Shown in pieces: positions 19,613 to 32,695 of a stretch of 64,000 nt of DNA. Source of the DNA: Planctomycetota bacterium (GTDB taxonomy: Bacteria > Planctomycetota > GCA-2746535); assembly GCA_002746535.1 (NCBI GenBank), contig NVWA01000022.1:23577-87576 (forward strand), read 5' to 3'. Position numbers and translations under genes: made by a program. A model generated the notes under the pieces. That model saw only the letters and a program-made list of their open reading frames with translations. It was not told where the DNA came from and did not search any database. Every line of letters starts with the position of its first letter. Positions within the stretch are counted from its first letter, which is position 1.

Positions 19613-20468
19613 AATAGAAGCGGCCTTAATATTATCTAGAAAACCAACTGTCGGCGCAGCCCGATTTAAACAATTGATGTTGGAAAATTCCACACCCATT
19701 GAAGCATTAAATGAATTTAATAAAGCTCAAGTCAAAAAATCTGATAAAGCCCCTTTGGATATTCAAAACGCAATGGCATATATTCAAGAACATCACGCTA
19801 CTGAAATCACGTGGTTAAATAAATTAGACTATCCCAATAAACTATCACTCATCAGTGAACCTCCACCCGTTTTATTTTATGACGATCCAAAAAATATCCT
19901 TTCTCAAACAAATCATAATTTATCTATTGGAATTGTGGGATCTCGAAAAACTTCGATGGATGGTCAACATTTGACTGAAGAAATAACAAAATTACTAACT
20001 CAACAAGATTACATTCTGGTTAGTGGTTTAGCAGAAGGTATTGATTCTATATGCCACAAAACCTGTTTAAATAATGGTGGCAAAACAATTGGAGTCATTG
20101 CAAATGGTATTGACATTGTCTATCCTAAATCTAATGATGAATTATTTAGGGAAATGAGGGAAAACGCTTGTATCTGTACAGAGTTCTTCCCAAAGGCACC
20201 TCCTAAGAGTTCATACTTCCCAACGAGAAATAGAATAATTGCGGGGTTAAGCGATATCGTTATTATGATTGAAGGAAATGAGAAAAGTGGCGCTTTATAT
20301 ACTGTAAAAAATACTTTGAAAACAAATCGATTATGTTTTGTACCAGACCCATCCAATTTTAAATTAAGACAAGATGGCCTTGTGATTGCATCTGAACTTG
20401 GTGCGCAGAAATTTAGTTCTATTGATGATTTATTAGAACAAATATCAAAAATTTCTTTATTGGTTTAA
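19605..20468 (+). CDS. dprA: DNA processing protein DprA (Smf family)
   Basis: GIVGSRKTS...ILVSGLAEGIDSICH is the conserved DprA Rossmann-fold region; 287 aa. Confidence 0.7.
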   Translation: MNEIEAALILSRKPTVGAARFKQLMLENSTPIEALNEFNKAQVKKSDKAPLDIQNAMAYIQEHHATEITWLNKLDYPNKLSLISEPPPVLFYDDPKNILSQTNHNLSIGIVGSRKTSMDGQHLTEEITKLLTQQDYILVSGLAEGIDSICHKTCLNNGGKTIGVIANGIDIVYPKSNDELFREMRENACICTEFFPKAPPKSSYFPTRNRIIAGLSDIVIMIEGNEKSGALYTVKNTLKTNRLCFVPDPSNFKLRQDGLVIASELGAQKFSSIDDLLEQISKISLLV

Positions 20469-20478
20469 AAAATAAATT

Positions 20479-20501
20479 CCCCTTCTTAGAACAAGAAGGG
20501 G
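20479..20501. terminator. Bidirectional intrinsic terminator between dprA (+) and gap (-)
   Basis: CCCCTTCTT-agaac-AAGAAGGGG is a perfect 9-bp stem. It is followed by an A-run on the plus strand, which is a T-run when read for the minus-strand gap gene. Confidence 0.7.
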
Positions 20502-20511
20502 AAAAAGTAAA

Positions 20512-21576
<1,065 letters not shown>

Positions 21577-21617
21577 TTAAAAAGCAATTATTTATACTCT
21601 AAGGCAAGTACGACTAA

Positions 21618-22112
21618 TCACATATCGTAAACAGAAGTATCTAATGTTGGGGAGGATAAATCTATTTTAGGTCGTTTTGAAAACTCTTTTTCTCGATCGG
21701 ATTCTACCTTATTCAAAATAGAATCCATTTCCAATTGTAGCTGATTAAAGTCACCACCTTTTTCCATTTGCTCTAAAGCAGTTTGCATTTCAGGCCCTAA
21801 ACTTTCACCTGTTGCTTCACCTAATTTTTTTAGAACTCCGGCCAATTGTTTTGGATCACTACTATCAATTTGTGAAATTTCTTTATTTAAACCAGCCATT
21901 AATTCTGTAACGCTTTTGTCACTTGATTTAGAAAAGCCACCGAAATCTTTTTCAACTTTCATATCTCTAAGAGCTGAAAAATTTGAAATCTCACGAGTTA
22001 ATTGATCTGATTCACATACGGGACATATAGGGGTAGAAGTGGTATCTATTTTTCTAGAAAGGAATGTATAGATGCAATGGCATTCAACACAATAAAACTC
22101 ATAAAATGGCAT
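21618..22112 (-). CDS. FmdB-family zinc-ribbon protein with a long acidic C-terminal extension
   Basis: N-terminus MPFYEFYCVECHCIYTF...CPVCES fits the CxxC...CxxC FmdB-type zinc ribbon (MPIYEYxCxxCG...CPxCG). Confidence 0.55.
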   Translation of the reverse strand: MPFYEFYCVECHCIYTFLSRKIDTTSTPICPVCESDQLTREISNFSALRDMKVEKDFGGFSKSSDKSVTELMAGLNKEISQIDSSDPKQLAGVLKKLGEATGESLGPEMQTALEQMEKGGDFNQLQLEMDSILNKVESDREKEFSKRPKIDLSSPTLDTSVYDM

Positions 22113-22115
22113 AGG

Positions 22116-22307
22116 CTAATTATTTGAAACAATCCTTTCGATTTGACCACAAGCAACTTGGAAACAGGAATCACAATAGGTATGTGAAACAGGTTTTTTA
22201 TGATCCTTCACCTTATGTTCCCAACCATCTTTTGTACGAACTTTGTGACACTTACAACATTCAATAATAAATTCATTCTTCGGACATTTTATAACTGATT
22301 TCATCAA
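22116..22307 (-). CDS. Small Cys-rich protein (7 Cys in 63 aa), hypothetical zinc-binding
   Basis: CPKNEFIIECCKCHK ... CDSCFQVAC; immediately downstream of the FmdB-like gene with a 3-nt gap. Confidence 0.35.
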   Translation of the reverse strand: MMKSVIKCPKNEFIIECCKCHKVRTKDGWEHKVKDHKKPVSHTYCDSCFQVACGQIERIVSNN

Positions 22308-22419
22308 ATTCTCCTAATAATTTAACCATGAATAATTTATCGGTGAAATTCAGGAACTTATTAAATTAAACTTATTACAATGCAGCTAAATAATTGATAT
22401 TAGCTAATTTGATCGAAAA

Positions 22420-22596
22420 TTAAGCTTCTTCTTTCTTTTCTTCCGCTTTTTCTTCAATTTTCTTGGGTTCTTTTGGATCTTTCTTTAATTCATCGACACT
22501 TAGGCGCATCGCTTTCGCAAGCTCAGGAAGCTTCTTAGCGCCAAATAAAAGCACTATGGCAATAACAATAATAATGACGGTCATTGGACTAAACAT
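22420..22596 (-). CDS. tatA: Twin-arginine translocase subunit TatA/E (58 aa; below the ORF-track size cut-off)
   Basis: My translation of the minus strand gives MFSPMTVIIIVIAIVLLFGAKKLPELAKAMRLSVDELKKDPKEPKKIEEKAEEKKEEA. A TM helix followed by FGAKKLPEL and an amphipathic helix is the TatA signature. Confidence 0.7.
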   Translation of the reverse strand: MFSPMTVIIIVIAIVLLFGAKKLPELAKAMRLSVDELKKDPKEPKKIEEKAEEKKEEA

Positions 22597-22820
22597 GACT
22601 AAAACCTTTATAATAGAGTAATTTCATGGATTAATTGTAGGTGGATTCATTATTAGTCAAGTGAATCAAAAAATTTCATAAAAATGGATTATATTTCACA
22701 TAAATTATGGGGTATAAATCGATATTTATAAGAATTTATAAAAACAGTTTGCTTTCAAGCACATTGTAGATGAAAATACTTGCATACTATAGAGTAAAAA
22801 GACATTTCCATTAGAGGAGA

Positions 22821-23201
22821 ATGACCTTGAAAATTTTAGTTGTTGATGACTCCACAACAATGCGTCGAATTTTAATAAATTGCCTCAAAAAAATAGGATT
22901 CGAAGATATCGTTCAAGCGGGTGATGGTTTGGAAGCACAAAATGTCTTAAAGGAACATCCAGATGTTGGTTTGGCATTGGTTGACTGGAATATGCCAAAT
23001 ATGAATGGTTTTGAATTTTTAGAAGCCACGAAAGCTGATGATGAATTTAAGCATATTCCCATGATAATGGTAACAACTGAGGCTGAAAAAAAGAACGTCG
23101 TTTTAGCCATTAAAGCTGGTGCAGCCAATTATGTCATCAAACCTTTTACTGAAGATGTTATTCGAGATAAAATAGGTGCTGTCGTAGCACTTGATGATTA
23201 A
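22821..23201 (+). CDS. cheY: CheY-like single-domain response regulator
   Basis: LVVDDS acid pocket, phospho-acceptor region VDWNMP, MVTT and YVIKPF (the conserved Lys-Pro) give the full receiver motif set in 126 aa. Confidence 0.75.
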   Translation: MTLKILVVDDSTTMRRILINCLKKIGFEDIVQAGDGLEAQNVLKEHPDVGLALVDWNMPNMNGFEFLEATKADDEFKHIPMIMVTTEAEKKNVVLAIKAGAANYVIKPFTEDVIRDKIGAVVALDD

Positions 23202-23271
23202 TAATTAAATAAAATAAAACGCATGTATTTATTTCATTTTTAAATCTAAAAGCATTTCTGTCGTCACATTA

Positions 23272-26091
23272 TTAACGAAGCGATAACACAACGTTTTTAT
23301 GATAATCAAGTTTTACATTTACAATTCTTGCATTTCCAATATCGGCAATGTATAGCCTTCGATCAGTATGCACACCAACAAAACAAGGATGAAACAAGCC
23401 AACTTCGTCACCACCAAGAGGCACTAAACTTTTGGCACCTCTAGAGTCTTCGTTGCCATACTTACCCACTCTTAATATAAGATTACCATTTGAATCTAGA
23501 ACACCAACGCTAAATTGTAATGGTTCTGGAGCAAATGTTCTGGCAAAATAATCTAATTTAAATCTTGAAAACCAACAAGCGCATCCAGCACCATTAAATC
23601 CACCAAACCCTACTCCACCATATATCCATTCTGGCTTTTCTGTCCATAAACCACGAAGATCCTGTTTCTTAGTCGGATAATTATTTTTGCTAAGTGGTAT
23701 TGGATTACTTTTCCCTGATGATATAAAGCGGCCATTTTTTGGTTTAAATTTGATTAAAGTTGAAGACATTCCATCACCAATATGTTTACCCTTAATCGTT
23801 CTTGGTGGTGTCGCCATCATGTAAACATTATTGTTTTTATCAATAAATACACCATCAGCTTGAGGAGCACCCGGAACAGCATCTTTAACAAGCATCTTGC
23901 CATTCTTGTCCCAGATATGGATACAGACTGAAGTAGAACCTAATAATCTACCAGGATATGAAAATTGTTTATAGGTGGCAGCGCTATCAATTTTTTTCAT
24001 TCTTAATACACCAGAAATACCAAAATTGCCAGTTCTATTTCCACAAGCTACGGCAATTTCACCTTTAACGTTGACACTAATTCCACTTTGATGATAGCAA
24101 ACCACATTTGATGCTGGTAGCATAATTGCAGAAATAACAGGCGTTGATCGTCCGCCAATACCGCCATCTTTGCCAACAGATTTTCTATCTGCACCATAAT
24201 CAAAAGGGATTTCCTTCATTGTTTTTAAATCAAAGCGGCAAAGGACATTAGTCGTTCGCATGTATATTAAACCACTTAAATCAAAGGCAATATCCATGGG
24301 GTTTAAAGGTAATTGTATTACCTTGGCTTTTCCCGTTTTGGGATCAATCTCAATCAATTCTTTAAATGCTTTTCCTGTAGGTCCACTATCAGCTTCAGCA
24401 ACATACAGCTTTTCATTCTGAGGATTGACATACAACTCTTGTATATTCCATTTAGGTGGTTTTATTCTTGGAACTGTATCTTTAGGTATCATCGAGCTAA
24501 ACTCAACAGTGGGTGTCCACTTACCTTTTAATTTTTGAATTTTTCGAATTCCAGATTTCCACAAATCCGGATTTTGTAATTTATTGGCAGCCCAAGCATT
24601 TGCTGCAATATCAGCCAATGAAACGATATGCTTGCGCCCTACAATCCAAAAGGCTAAATCTTTCGACCATGAATCTAAAACAACATTATAGATTTGTCCC
24701 ATGGCAAAAATACTCCCTAAACTACCTGGACCTAAATTTATTGGTTCTGTAGATTTTAATTTACATTCAGGATAAGCTGAAACGTGTGTTAATGTCTGTT
24801 TAAATTTTCTTGGATTATATTTTAATTTTTTTTGTAAATTATAATCTAATCCTATCACCGCCCATGAAAAGATATAAATTTCCTGCGTTTTTTTATGTAC
24901 AAGTACTTTTGCGGGATATTTTGTTTTGATCGTCTTAATAAGTTTTCCTGATGCATCAAAAATTTGTACTCGATTATTAAAAAAGTCTGACACATACACA
25001 TTTCCTTTTGCATCCGTTTCTACAGATGTAGGTACTGTAAAATGTTTATCGTCAGTCCCAAAGCCTAACACCTTATTATTTCCAGCGAATACAGTCATCG
25101 GCTCGTTGGTTTTATAATTTAATTTCATGACCCCTTGAAGAGATCCTGGTCTACCTCCATGACGCTGTTTATAGGAATATCCCGTCATATATAATGTTTC
25201 ACCATCTGGAGAAAAAGCCATACTACTAGGGCCAATATCCTGTTTACCTTTTCCAAAGCCACCATATCCACCTTTTTTTATTTTCATTCCTGTTACGGGG
25301 CCCTTCAATGGTAACCCGTCAGTACTGCCATCTGTGGATAAACGATTTAGTTTTACAAATGCTAAAGCGATCCTTTTCCCATGTACGGCCATGCCTACGG
25401 CACCATTTCCCTTCATCCCATTACCATGGGCATTATCACCTGAAGATAAAATCGTTTGATGATATTTAGATTCTTTATGAGGCACCTTTTCTCTTCCAGG
25501 AATTTGATCCCATTTCATGCCTTTAACATTATTAATTTGGTTCGCTGGAAATGGATATATGGTTTTCACATATTCACCATCTCTATTAAATAATCGTAAA
25601 TGATCTCTACCCATAGCTTCAAAAACATATAAACCTTCTGGAGTCATTTGAAGTAAAGGTATTCCTGAAATTCTTTTATGGGGAGAATAAAATAACGATT
25701 TATCATAACTTGCTTTTAAACCAAGAGAAACCCTTATATTTATATCGTCTCTATTATCTAAATAACGGCCTTGATCATTTTTTCCATCCCATATTATTTT
25801 TTGTTTTAAAGAATTTTTCAACAATGGTTCAGGAGCATTTTTACCTAAGACTCCACTAGCTAAGTGCCTGACAATCTTTCCTTGTTTATTTTCAATAGCT
25901 ATGGTGACATCACAGAAATCTTTTACTTCAAATTCAATAGATATAATATCTTTCTTTTCTGTAATTTTCGGTTTTTGGGTAAATTCAAAAACTTCTTTTC
26001 TCTTTACTTTAAATTCTTCATAAGGATCTTCTTCGGCAAAAAGAAATAGTGACAAAAAATTTAGGAAAAATATGGGGATAAAATATTTCAT
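23272..26091 (-). CDS. Large secreted NHL-repeat (beta-propeller) protein, hypothetical
   Basis: Signal peptide MKYFIPIFFLNFLSLFLFA. Segments such as GNVYVSDFFNNRVQIFDASGKLIKTI and RLYIADIGNARIVNV match the NHL repeat pattern; 939 aa. Confidence 0.5.
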   Translation of the reverse strand: MKYFIPIFFLNFLSLFLFAEEDPYEEFKVKRKEVFEFTQKPKITEKKDIISIEFEVKDFCDVTIAIENKQGKIVRHLASGVLGKNAPEPLLKNSLKQKIIWDGKNDQGRYLDNRDDINIRVSLGLKASYDKSLFYSPHKRISGIPLLQMTPEGLYVFEAMGRDHLRLFNRDGEYVKTIYPFPANQINNVKGMKWDQIPGREKVPHKESKYHQTILSSGDNAHGNGMKGNGAVGMAVHGKRIALAFVKLNRLSTDGSTDGLPLKGPVTGMKIKKGGYGGFGKGKQDIGPSSMAFSPDGETLYMTGYSYKQRHGGRPGSLQGVMKLNYKTNEPMTVFAGNNKVLGFGTDDKHFTVPTSVETDAKGNVYVSDFFNNRVQIFDASGKLIKTIKTKYPAKVLVHKKTQEIYIFSWAVIGLDYNLQKKLKYNPRKFKQTLTHVSAYPECKLKSTEPINLGPGSLGSIFAMGQIYNVVLDSWSKDLAFWIVGRKHIVSLADIAANAWAANKLQNPDLWKSGIRKIQKLKGKWTPTVEFSSMIPKDTVPRIKPPKWNIQELYVNPQNEKLYVAEADSGPTGKAFKELIEIDPKTGKAKVIQLPLNPMDIAFDLSGLIYMRTTNVLCRFDLKTMKEIPFDYGADRKSVGKDGGIGGRSTPVISAIMLPASNVVCYHQSGISVNVKGEIAVACGNRTGNFGISGVLRMKKIDSAATYKQFSYPGRLLGSTSVCIHIWDKNGKMLVKDAVPGAPQADGVFIDKNNNVYMMATPPRTIKGKHIGDGMSSTLIKFKPKNGRFISSGKSNPIPLSKNNYPTKKQDLRGLWTEKPEWIYGGVGFGGFNGAGCACWFSRFKLDYFARTFAPEPLQFSVGVLDSNGNLILRVGKYGNEDSRGAKSLVPLGGDEVGLFHPCFVGVHTDRRLYIADIGNARIVNVKLDYHKNVVLSLR

Positions 26092-26287
26092 AAAAAGATC
26101 TCCTATAGAGTAAGTAACTGGGATATAACTTGATAAAGATTAACTTGAATAAGTTAAAAGAGATGACTCACTTGTGAAAATACTAGTGTTATTAATTGAT
26201 AAATCAACCACATAACAAAAATCAATAATTAAAAATAGAAGTCTCATTTCATAAACAACATGATGTTTAATAAAGAGACATTTAACT

Positions 26288-27136
26288 TTAGTTTAGAGAA
26301 AATAATTTAGCAAACGACACAGGTATTTCTGTATTAATTGCAACTTCTAGGTTGGAAACAGGATGATTAAATTTTAATGAAAAAGCATGTAATCCTAATC
26401 GATTGATTGGATTAGATTCAGCTCCAAATTTTTGATCACCAATGATTGAGTGTCCTATTTCAGACAGCTGAACTCTGATTTGATTTTTACGCCCAGTTTG
26501 TATAAAAACTTCAAGCAAAGAATATTCTTTTGATTTATTAATTAAATTATAGGAGGTTATAGATTTTTTGCCGCCATCTTTTTCACTAGTCACATATACA
26601 TGATATTGTTTATTTTCTTTCAACCAATGCGTAAGTGTTTCACTTTCTTTTACGACTACACCTTCAACAATAGCATAATATTTTTTCTCGAAACCATACC
26701 ACTCGTCGATAACTTTCTCTTGAACCTTTTTATTTTTCGCAAACAGAAGAATTCCGGAAACTTCACGATCCAATCTATGAATGATATGAGCATTTTGCCG
26801 ATTATGCGACTTCTCTTTGATGTAGGTATTTACTTGTTGATATAAAGTGTTCTCATTATATTTCCCTGTACCCATGGTTAATAAATTAACAGGTTTTTCA
26901 ACAGCAATTAATTGATCATCTTCGAAGAGAATGGAAATATTTTTTTTAGGTGATGATGATTCATCCAATAAAATAATTTGTCCAGATTTTACGGCTGGAT
27001 TATGAGTCGTATTTAATTCGCCATCTATGGTAATGTTGCTGTATTTGATTTTCTTTTTTATTTTGGAAATGGAGCAACCAATTTTTCTCTGCAGAAAAGA
27101 GACAAGAAGCTCATCTTGGTCAACTGTGAATTTCAT
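26288..27136 (-). CDS. RluA-family pseudouridine synthase (RluC/RluD-like, with N-terminal S4-like domain)
   Basis: HRLDREVSGILLFAKN is the RluA catalytic-Asp motif (HRLDxxTSG); an S4-like region precedes it. Confidence 0.7.
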   Translation of the reverse strand: MKFTVDQDELLVSFLQRKIGCSISKIKKKIKYSNITIDGELNTTHNPAVKSGQIILLDESSSPKKNISILFEDDQLIAVEKPVNLLTMGTGKYNENTLYQQVNTYIKEKSHNRQNAHIIHRLDREVSGILLFAKNKKVQEKVIDEWYGFEKKYYAIVEGVVVKESETLTHWLKENKQYHVYVTSEKDGGKKSITSYNLINKSKEYSLLEVFIQTGRKNQIRVQLSEIGHSIIGDQKFGAESNPINRLGLHAFSLKFNHPVSNLEVAINTEIPVSFAKLFSLN

Positions 27137-27206
27137 AATAAATTGGAATCAGAATTAAAAAGGAGAAAGTAAATCTCCTTTTAAAAAAAAATTTGGTTAA
27201 CTTGAA

Positions 27207-27365
27207 TTAGTTTAAACCAAAGCCAACTCTCTTTTTTTGTTTATTTTTTCTAGCGAGTTTCAATCTTATTTTTCTATTCGCTAAAGTGCCACCTTTTTTC
27301 ATTGGACGATGTTTCAACATACCGACTTTTGCGCCTGCATGTGCAATATTTCTTGATTTTGCCAT
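27207..27365 (-). CDS. Small basic protein (about 52 aa), possibly ribosome-associated; not in ORF track
   Basis: My translation from ATG at 27365 gives MAKSRNIAHAGAKVGMLKHRPMKKGGTLANRKIRLKLARKNKQKKRVGFGL(N). The end coordinate is uncertain by a few nt. Very high K/R content. Confidence 0.3.
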   Translation of the reverse strand: MAKSRNIAHAGAKVGMLKHRPMKKGGTLANRKIRLKLARKNKQKKRVGFGLN

Positions 27366-27417
27366 TGTATTCTCCTCTTCAATATGGGCGTGGAATTATA
27401 GGCTAAATTACCTAAAA

Positions 27418-27612
27418 TCAACCTTTCTCATTATTCTTTTGATCGATTAATTTGTGCATTTCCACCTTTAATTCCTTTAATTCTGCTAAAATTGACTCTT
27501 CTAGCTCATCCCGAGTCATTTTACTATATTCAGGTGGGCACATCGCTTTTTCAAGCTCTTTGGAACATTCATCTAATTCTTTATCGTCAAGTTCATTTAT
27601 TTCGTTATTCAA
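27418..27612 (-). CDS. Small acidic protein, hypothetical
   Basis: 64-aa ORF 5 nt downstream of secDF on the same strand; coiled-coil-like acidic sequence. Confidence 0.3.
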   Translation of the reverse strand: MNNEINELDDKELDECSKELEKAMCPPEYSKMTRDELEESILAELKELKVEMHKLIDQKNNEKG

Positions 27613-27616
27613 GTGC

Positions 27617-29977
27617 TTACTCCAAGATAATTGCTTTCTTTTTCTCAGTACTTCTATGAATCATAGAAACAATCGGTGATGCTATAAAAATTGATGAATA
27701 AGTACCGGCAATTACACCAACGAGCATTATAAATGCGAAACTATGGATAACGGCACCACCATATAAGAACAATGCCAATACAGCACATAAAGTAGTTAAA
27801 CTTGTCCATATCGTTCTTGATAAAGTCTGATTGACCGATTCATTAATAATTGTATCTAACGGCACTGGTGTAAATTCAATATTAGGATCTCTAGCTGCTG
27901 CATCTGCCCGAGCTTTTTCGAAAGTTCTATTTTCTCTAATTCTGTCAAATATTACAATCGTGTCATTCAGTGAGTAACCAACAATTGTTAATATGGCAGC
28001 AACAACAGAGACATCAACCTTGCCCCCCGTTGGCATATAGGACCAAATCCCAAAACATCCAACAGCAATTGATATATCATGAAAGAGAGCAATACATGCT
28101 GCAATCCCATATCTAAATTCTGCAAAACGTAAACGTACATATACCAGAATCGCAAACATTGATGCTAAAATACCTATGATTGCTTTGAAGACTAATGTTT
28201 TAGCAACACTTGGTCCTACCATTTGTTGCAATAAGATTCCACTATCCTTATCAAGCGCTAAATGTTTTATCAAATCATCTGAAAATTGTTTAAGCTTTTC
28301 TTCATTAGATTTATTAGCAAATATTGTATGTTCATCATCTATACGGATTACATATTTTAAAAAGGTATCTCCCTGTGTAGTGCCTTCAATAATATTTTGA
28401 ATTTGTAATTTATCATATCCCGCAGCTTCCAGTTTATTTCTTACATCTGCATTACTTAGCGCCTTGGTCAATTGGATAGTATTGCTGATACCACCTTTAA
28501 AATCAATATCTAAAATTTTATCTCCTTGACTATAAAACATAAAAATACCGATAGCGCCTAGTAAAAAAGATAAAGTCATTGGTATTTTAAAAAAGGATAA
28601 AAACTGAATTTTAGTTTTGCTAAGCAGTTTCATCATTTTTATATTTTTCATTATGTTTGTTTCTATCAATACTTTAAAGAGAACTTTCGAAACAAACAAT
28701 GCTGTAAACATGGATGCTAAGATACCTATGATCAACGTCGCCGCGAACCCTCGAACAGCACTAGTTCCAACATTAAATAATATAATAGCCGTAATGATTG
28801 TTGTAATATTAGCATCTACAATGGTTACAAAGGCCTTATCAAAACCATCATGCATCGATAATGATGTGGATTTCCCACGAGCTTGCTCTTCCCTAATTCT
28901 TTCAAATATTAAAATACTAGCATCTACGGCCATCCCTACTGTTAATAACAGGCCTGCAATACCCGGCAACGTTAACACAAGCTTAGTGGATGTCATAATT
29001 GCAAGTATCAAAGCAATATTCAATGATAGTGCTAAAACCCCTATCAAACCAGGCAAGCGATAATAAATCAACATGAATATTAATACGGCAATAGCACCAA
29101 ATAAAATGGCATCTTTTGATTTATCAATTGAATCTTTGCCTAAAGTTGGCCCAACATTATTTTCTTGTGCTAATTTAACTTTGATCGGCATACTTCCGGA
29201 CATTAAAACATCCCCTAGTTTGGATGCCGATTCTTGATCGAATTGCCCGGTTATAATGCAACCACCACCAGGAATAGCACTATCACTACCCAACATCGTA
29301 ATAATTTTACCATCTAGGATTATTCCAGTTCTTAATGTTCTATTTGATTCAGAAACTTTTTTAGTCAACTCATAAAATTTCTGACCTGTAACTCCATCAA
29401 ACTTAACATCAACTAACCATCCTTGACCAGCTTCACTTCCAAATCTAGATTTAGCAAACGTTACACCATCTTTAAACCACAATTCCAGTCTAACTGAAGG
29501 TCTTCCTTGATCATCAGGGAAATACCATTCACTGTACTCTGAAACTGTCGGACGAACATCATCTGGGTCAATCACTTCCAAATGAAATGATAATTGTCCC
29601 GGAGTAGATAATTTTTCCTTAATCTTTTTAACAGCTTCCTTAGTCAATTTATTCATAATCTTTGGATCAGAATGAAAAACCGCAGGTTTTTGAATCTCTA
29701 TCCATTTCTCACCAGATAACTTAACAGAGATACCTTGAGCTCCTGAAGGATCTAATCTTTTCTTAATGGTTGTTACGGCTCGCTCAAGCTTGCTCGATTT
29801 ATCTGAATCAGAAAATTCTTTTTCACCTTTGGTATAAATAAAATCATATTCATACAACAATGAGGCGCCGCCTTTAAGGTCAATCCCCAAAGAGACATCC
29901 TTAGTTTTAATTGTATATATGCATACAAATGTAACTAATAAAACAGCTATAAATTGCGCGATCGTACTACTTTTCAT
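27617..29977 (-). CDS. secDF: Protein translocase subunit SecDF (fused SecD-SecF)
   Basis: 786 aa. N-terminal TM then GIDLKGG, a large periplasmic domain, two 6-TM bundles with SecD/SecF motifs (ITGQFDQESA, second GIDFKGG in the SecF half). Confidence 0.8.
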   Translation of the reverse strand: MKSSTIAQFIAVLLVTFVCIYTIKTKDVSLGIDLKGGASLLYEYDFIYTKGEKEFSDSDKSSKLERAVTTIKKRLDPSGAQGISVKLSGEKWIEIQKPAVFHSDPKIMNKLTKEAVKKIKEKLSTPGQLSFHLEVIDPDDVRPTVSEYSEWYFPDDQGRPSVRLELWFKDGVTFAKSRFGSEAGQGWLVDVKFDGVTGQKFYELTKKVSESNRTLRTGIILDGKIITMLGSDSAIPGGGCIITGQFDQESASKLGDVLMSGSMPIKVKLAQENNVGPTLGKDSIDKSKDAILFGAIAVLIFMLIYYRLPGLIGVLALSLNIALILAIMTSTKLVLTLPGIAGLLLTVGMAVDASILIFERIREEQARGKSTSLSMHDGFDKAFVTIVDANITTIITAIILFNVGTSAVRGFAATLIIGILASMFTALFVSKVLFKVLIETNIMKNIKMMKLLSKTKIQFLSFFKIPMTLSFLLGAIGIFMFYSQGDKILDIDFKGGISNTIQLTKALSNADVRNKLEAAGYDKLQIQNIIEGTTQGDTFLKYVIRIDDEHTIFANKSNEEKLKQFSDDLIKHLALDKDSGILLQQMVGPSVAKTLVFKAIIGILASMFAILVYVRLRFAEFRYGIAACIALFHDISIAVGCFGIWSYMPTGGKVDVSVVAAILTIVGYSLNDTIVIFDRIRENRTFEKARADAAARDPNIEFTPVPLDTIINESVNQTLSRTIWTSLTTLCAVLALFLYGGAVIHSFAFIMLVGVIAGTYSSIFIASPIVSMIHRSTEKKKAIILE

Positions 29978-30267
29978 TTTTTATTTACCTTTTTATCTTT
30001 TTTTGCATTATCTGAATTAGGAATATCAAATTCAGCAATGGCTGTTTTACGCATTTTAATTTTAATTTTGTCGTCAATTTTTATTGATACTGTTTCGTCA
30101 TCAACTGAATCAACTATGCCTATAATTCCACCGATGGTGACGACCTTGTCACCCTTTTTTACTTTCGAAATTTTTTCTTTTGCTGCTTTTTGTTTCTTTT
30201 GATTTGGCATTAAAATTAGCACATAGAATGCAAGCGCCATTAATATAAAAGGTAAAAACTCTAACAT
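29974..30267 (-). CDS. yajC: Preprotein translocase subunit YajC
   Basis: 97 aa. N-terminal TM (FLPFILMALAFYVLILMP), then KGDKVVTIGGIIGIVDSVDD typical of YajC. Overlaps the secDF start. Confidence 0.75.
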   Translation of the reverse strand: MLEFLPFILMALAFYVLILMPNQKKQKAAKEKISKVKKGDKVVTIGGIIGIVDSVDDETVSIKIDDKIKIKMRKTAIAEFDIPNSDNAKKDKKVNKK

Positions 30268-30318
30268 GGTTGTCTCCTTTTCATTTTTCCAGTATTTCTG
30301 GTTACAGATAATTGAGTA

Positions 30319-32668
<2,350 letters not shown>

Positions 32669-32695
32669 TTTAATTAAAGAAATTATTTAAGAAAA

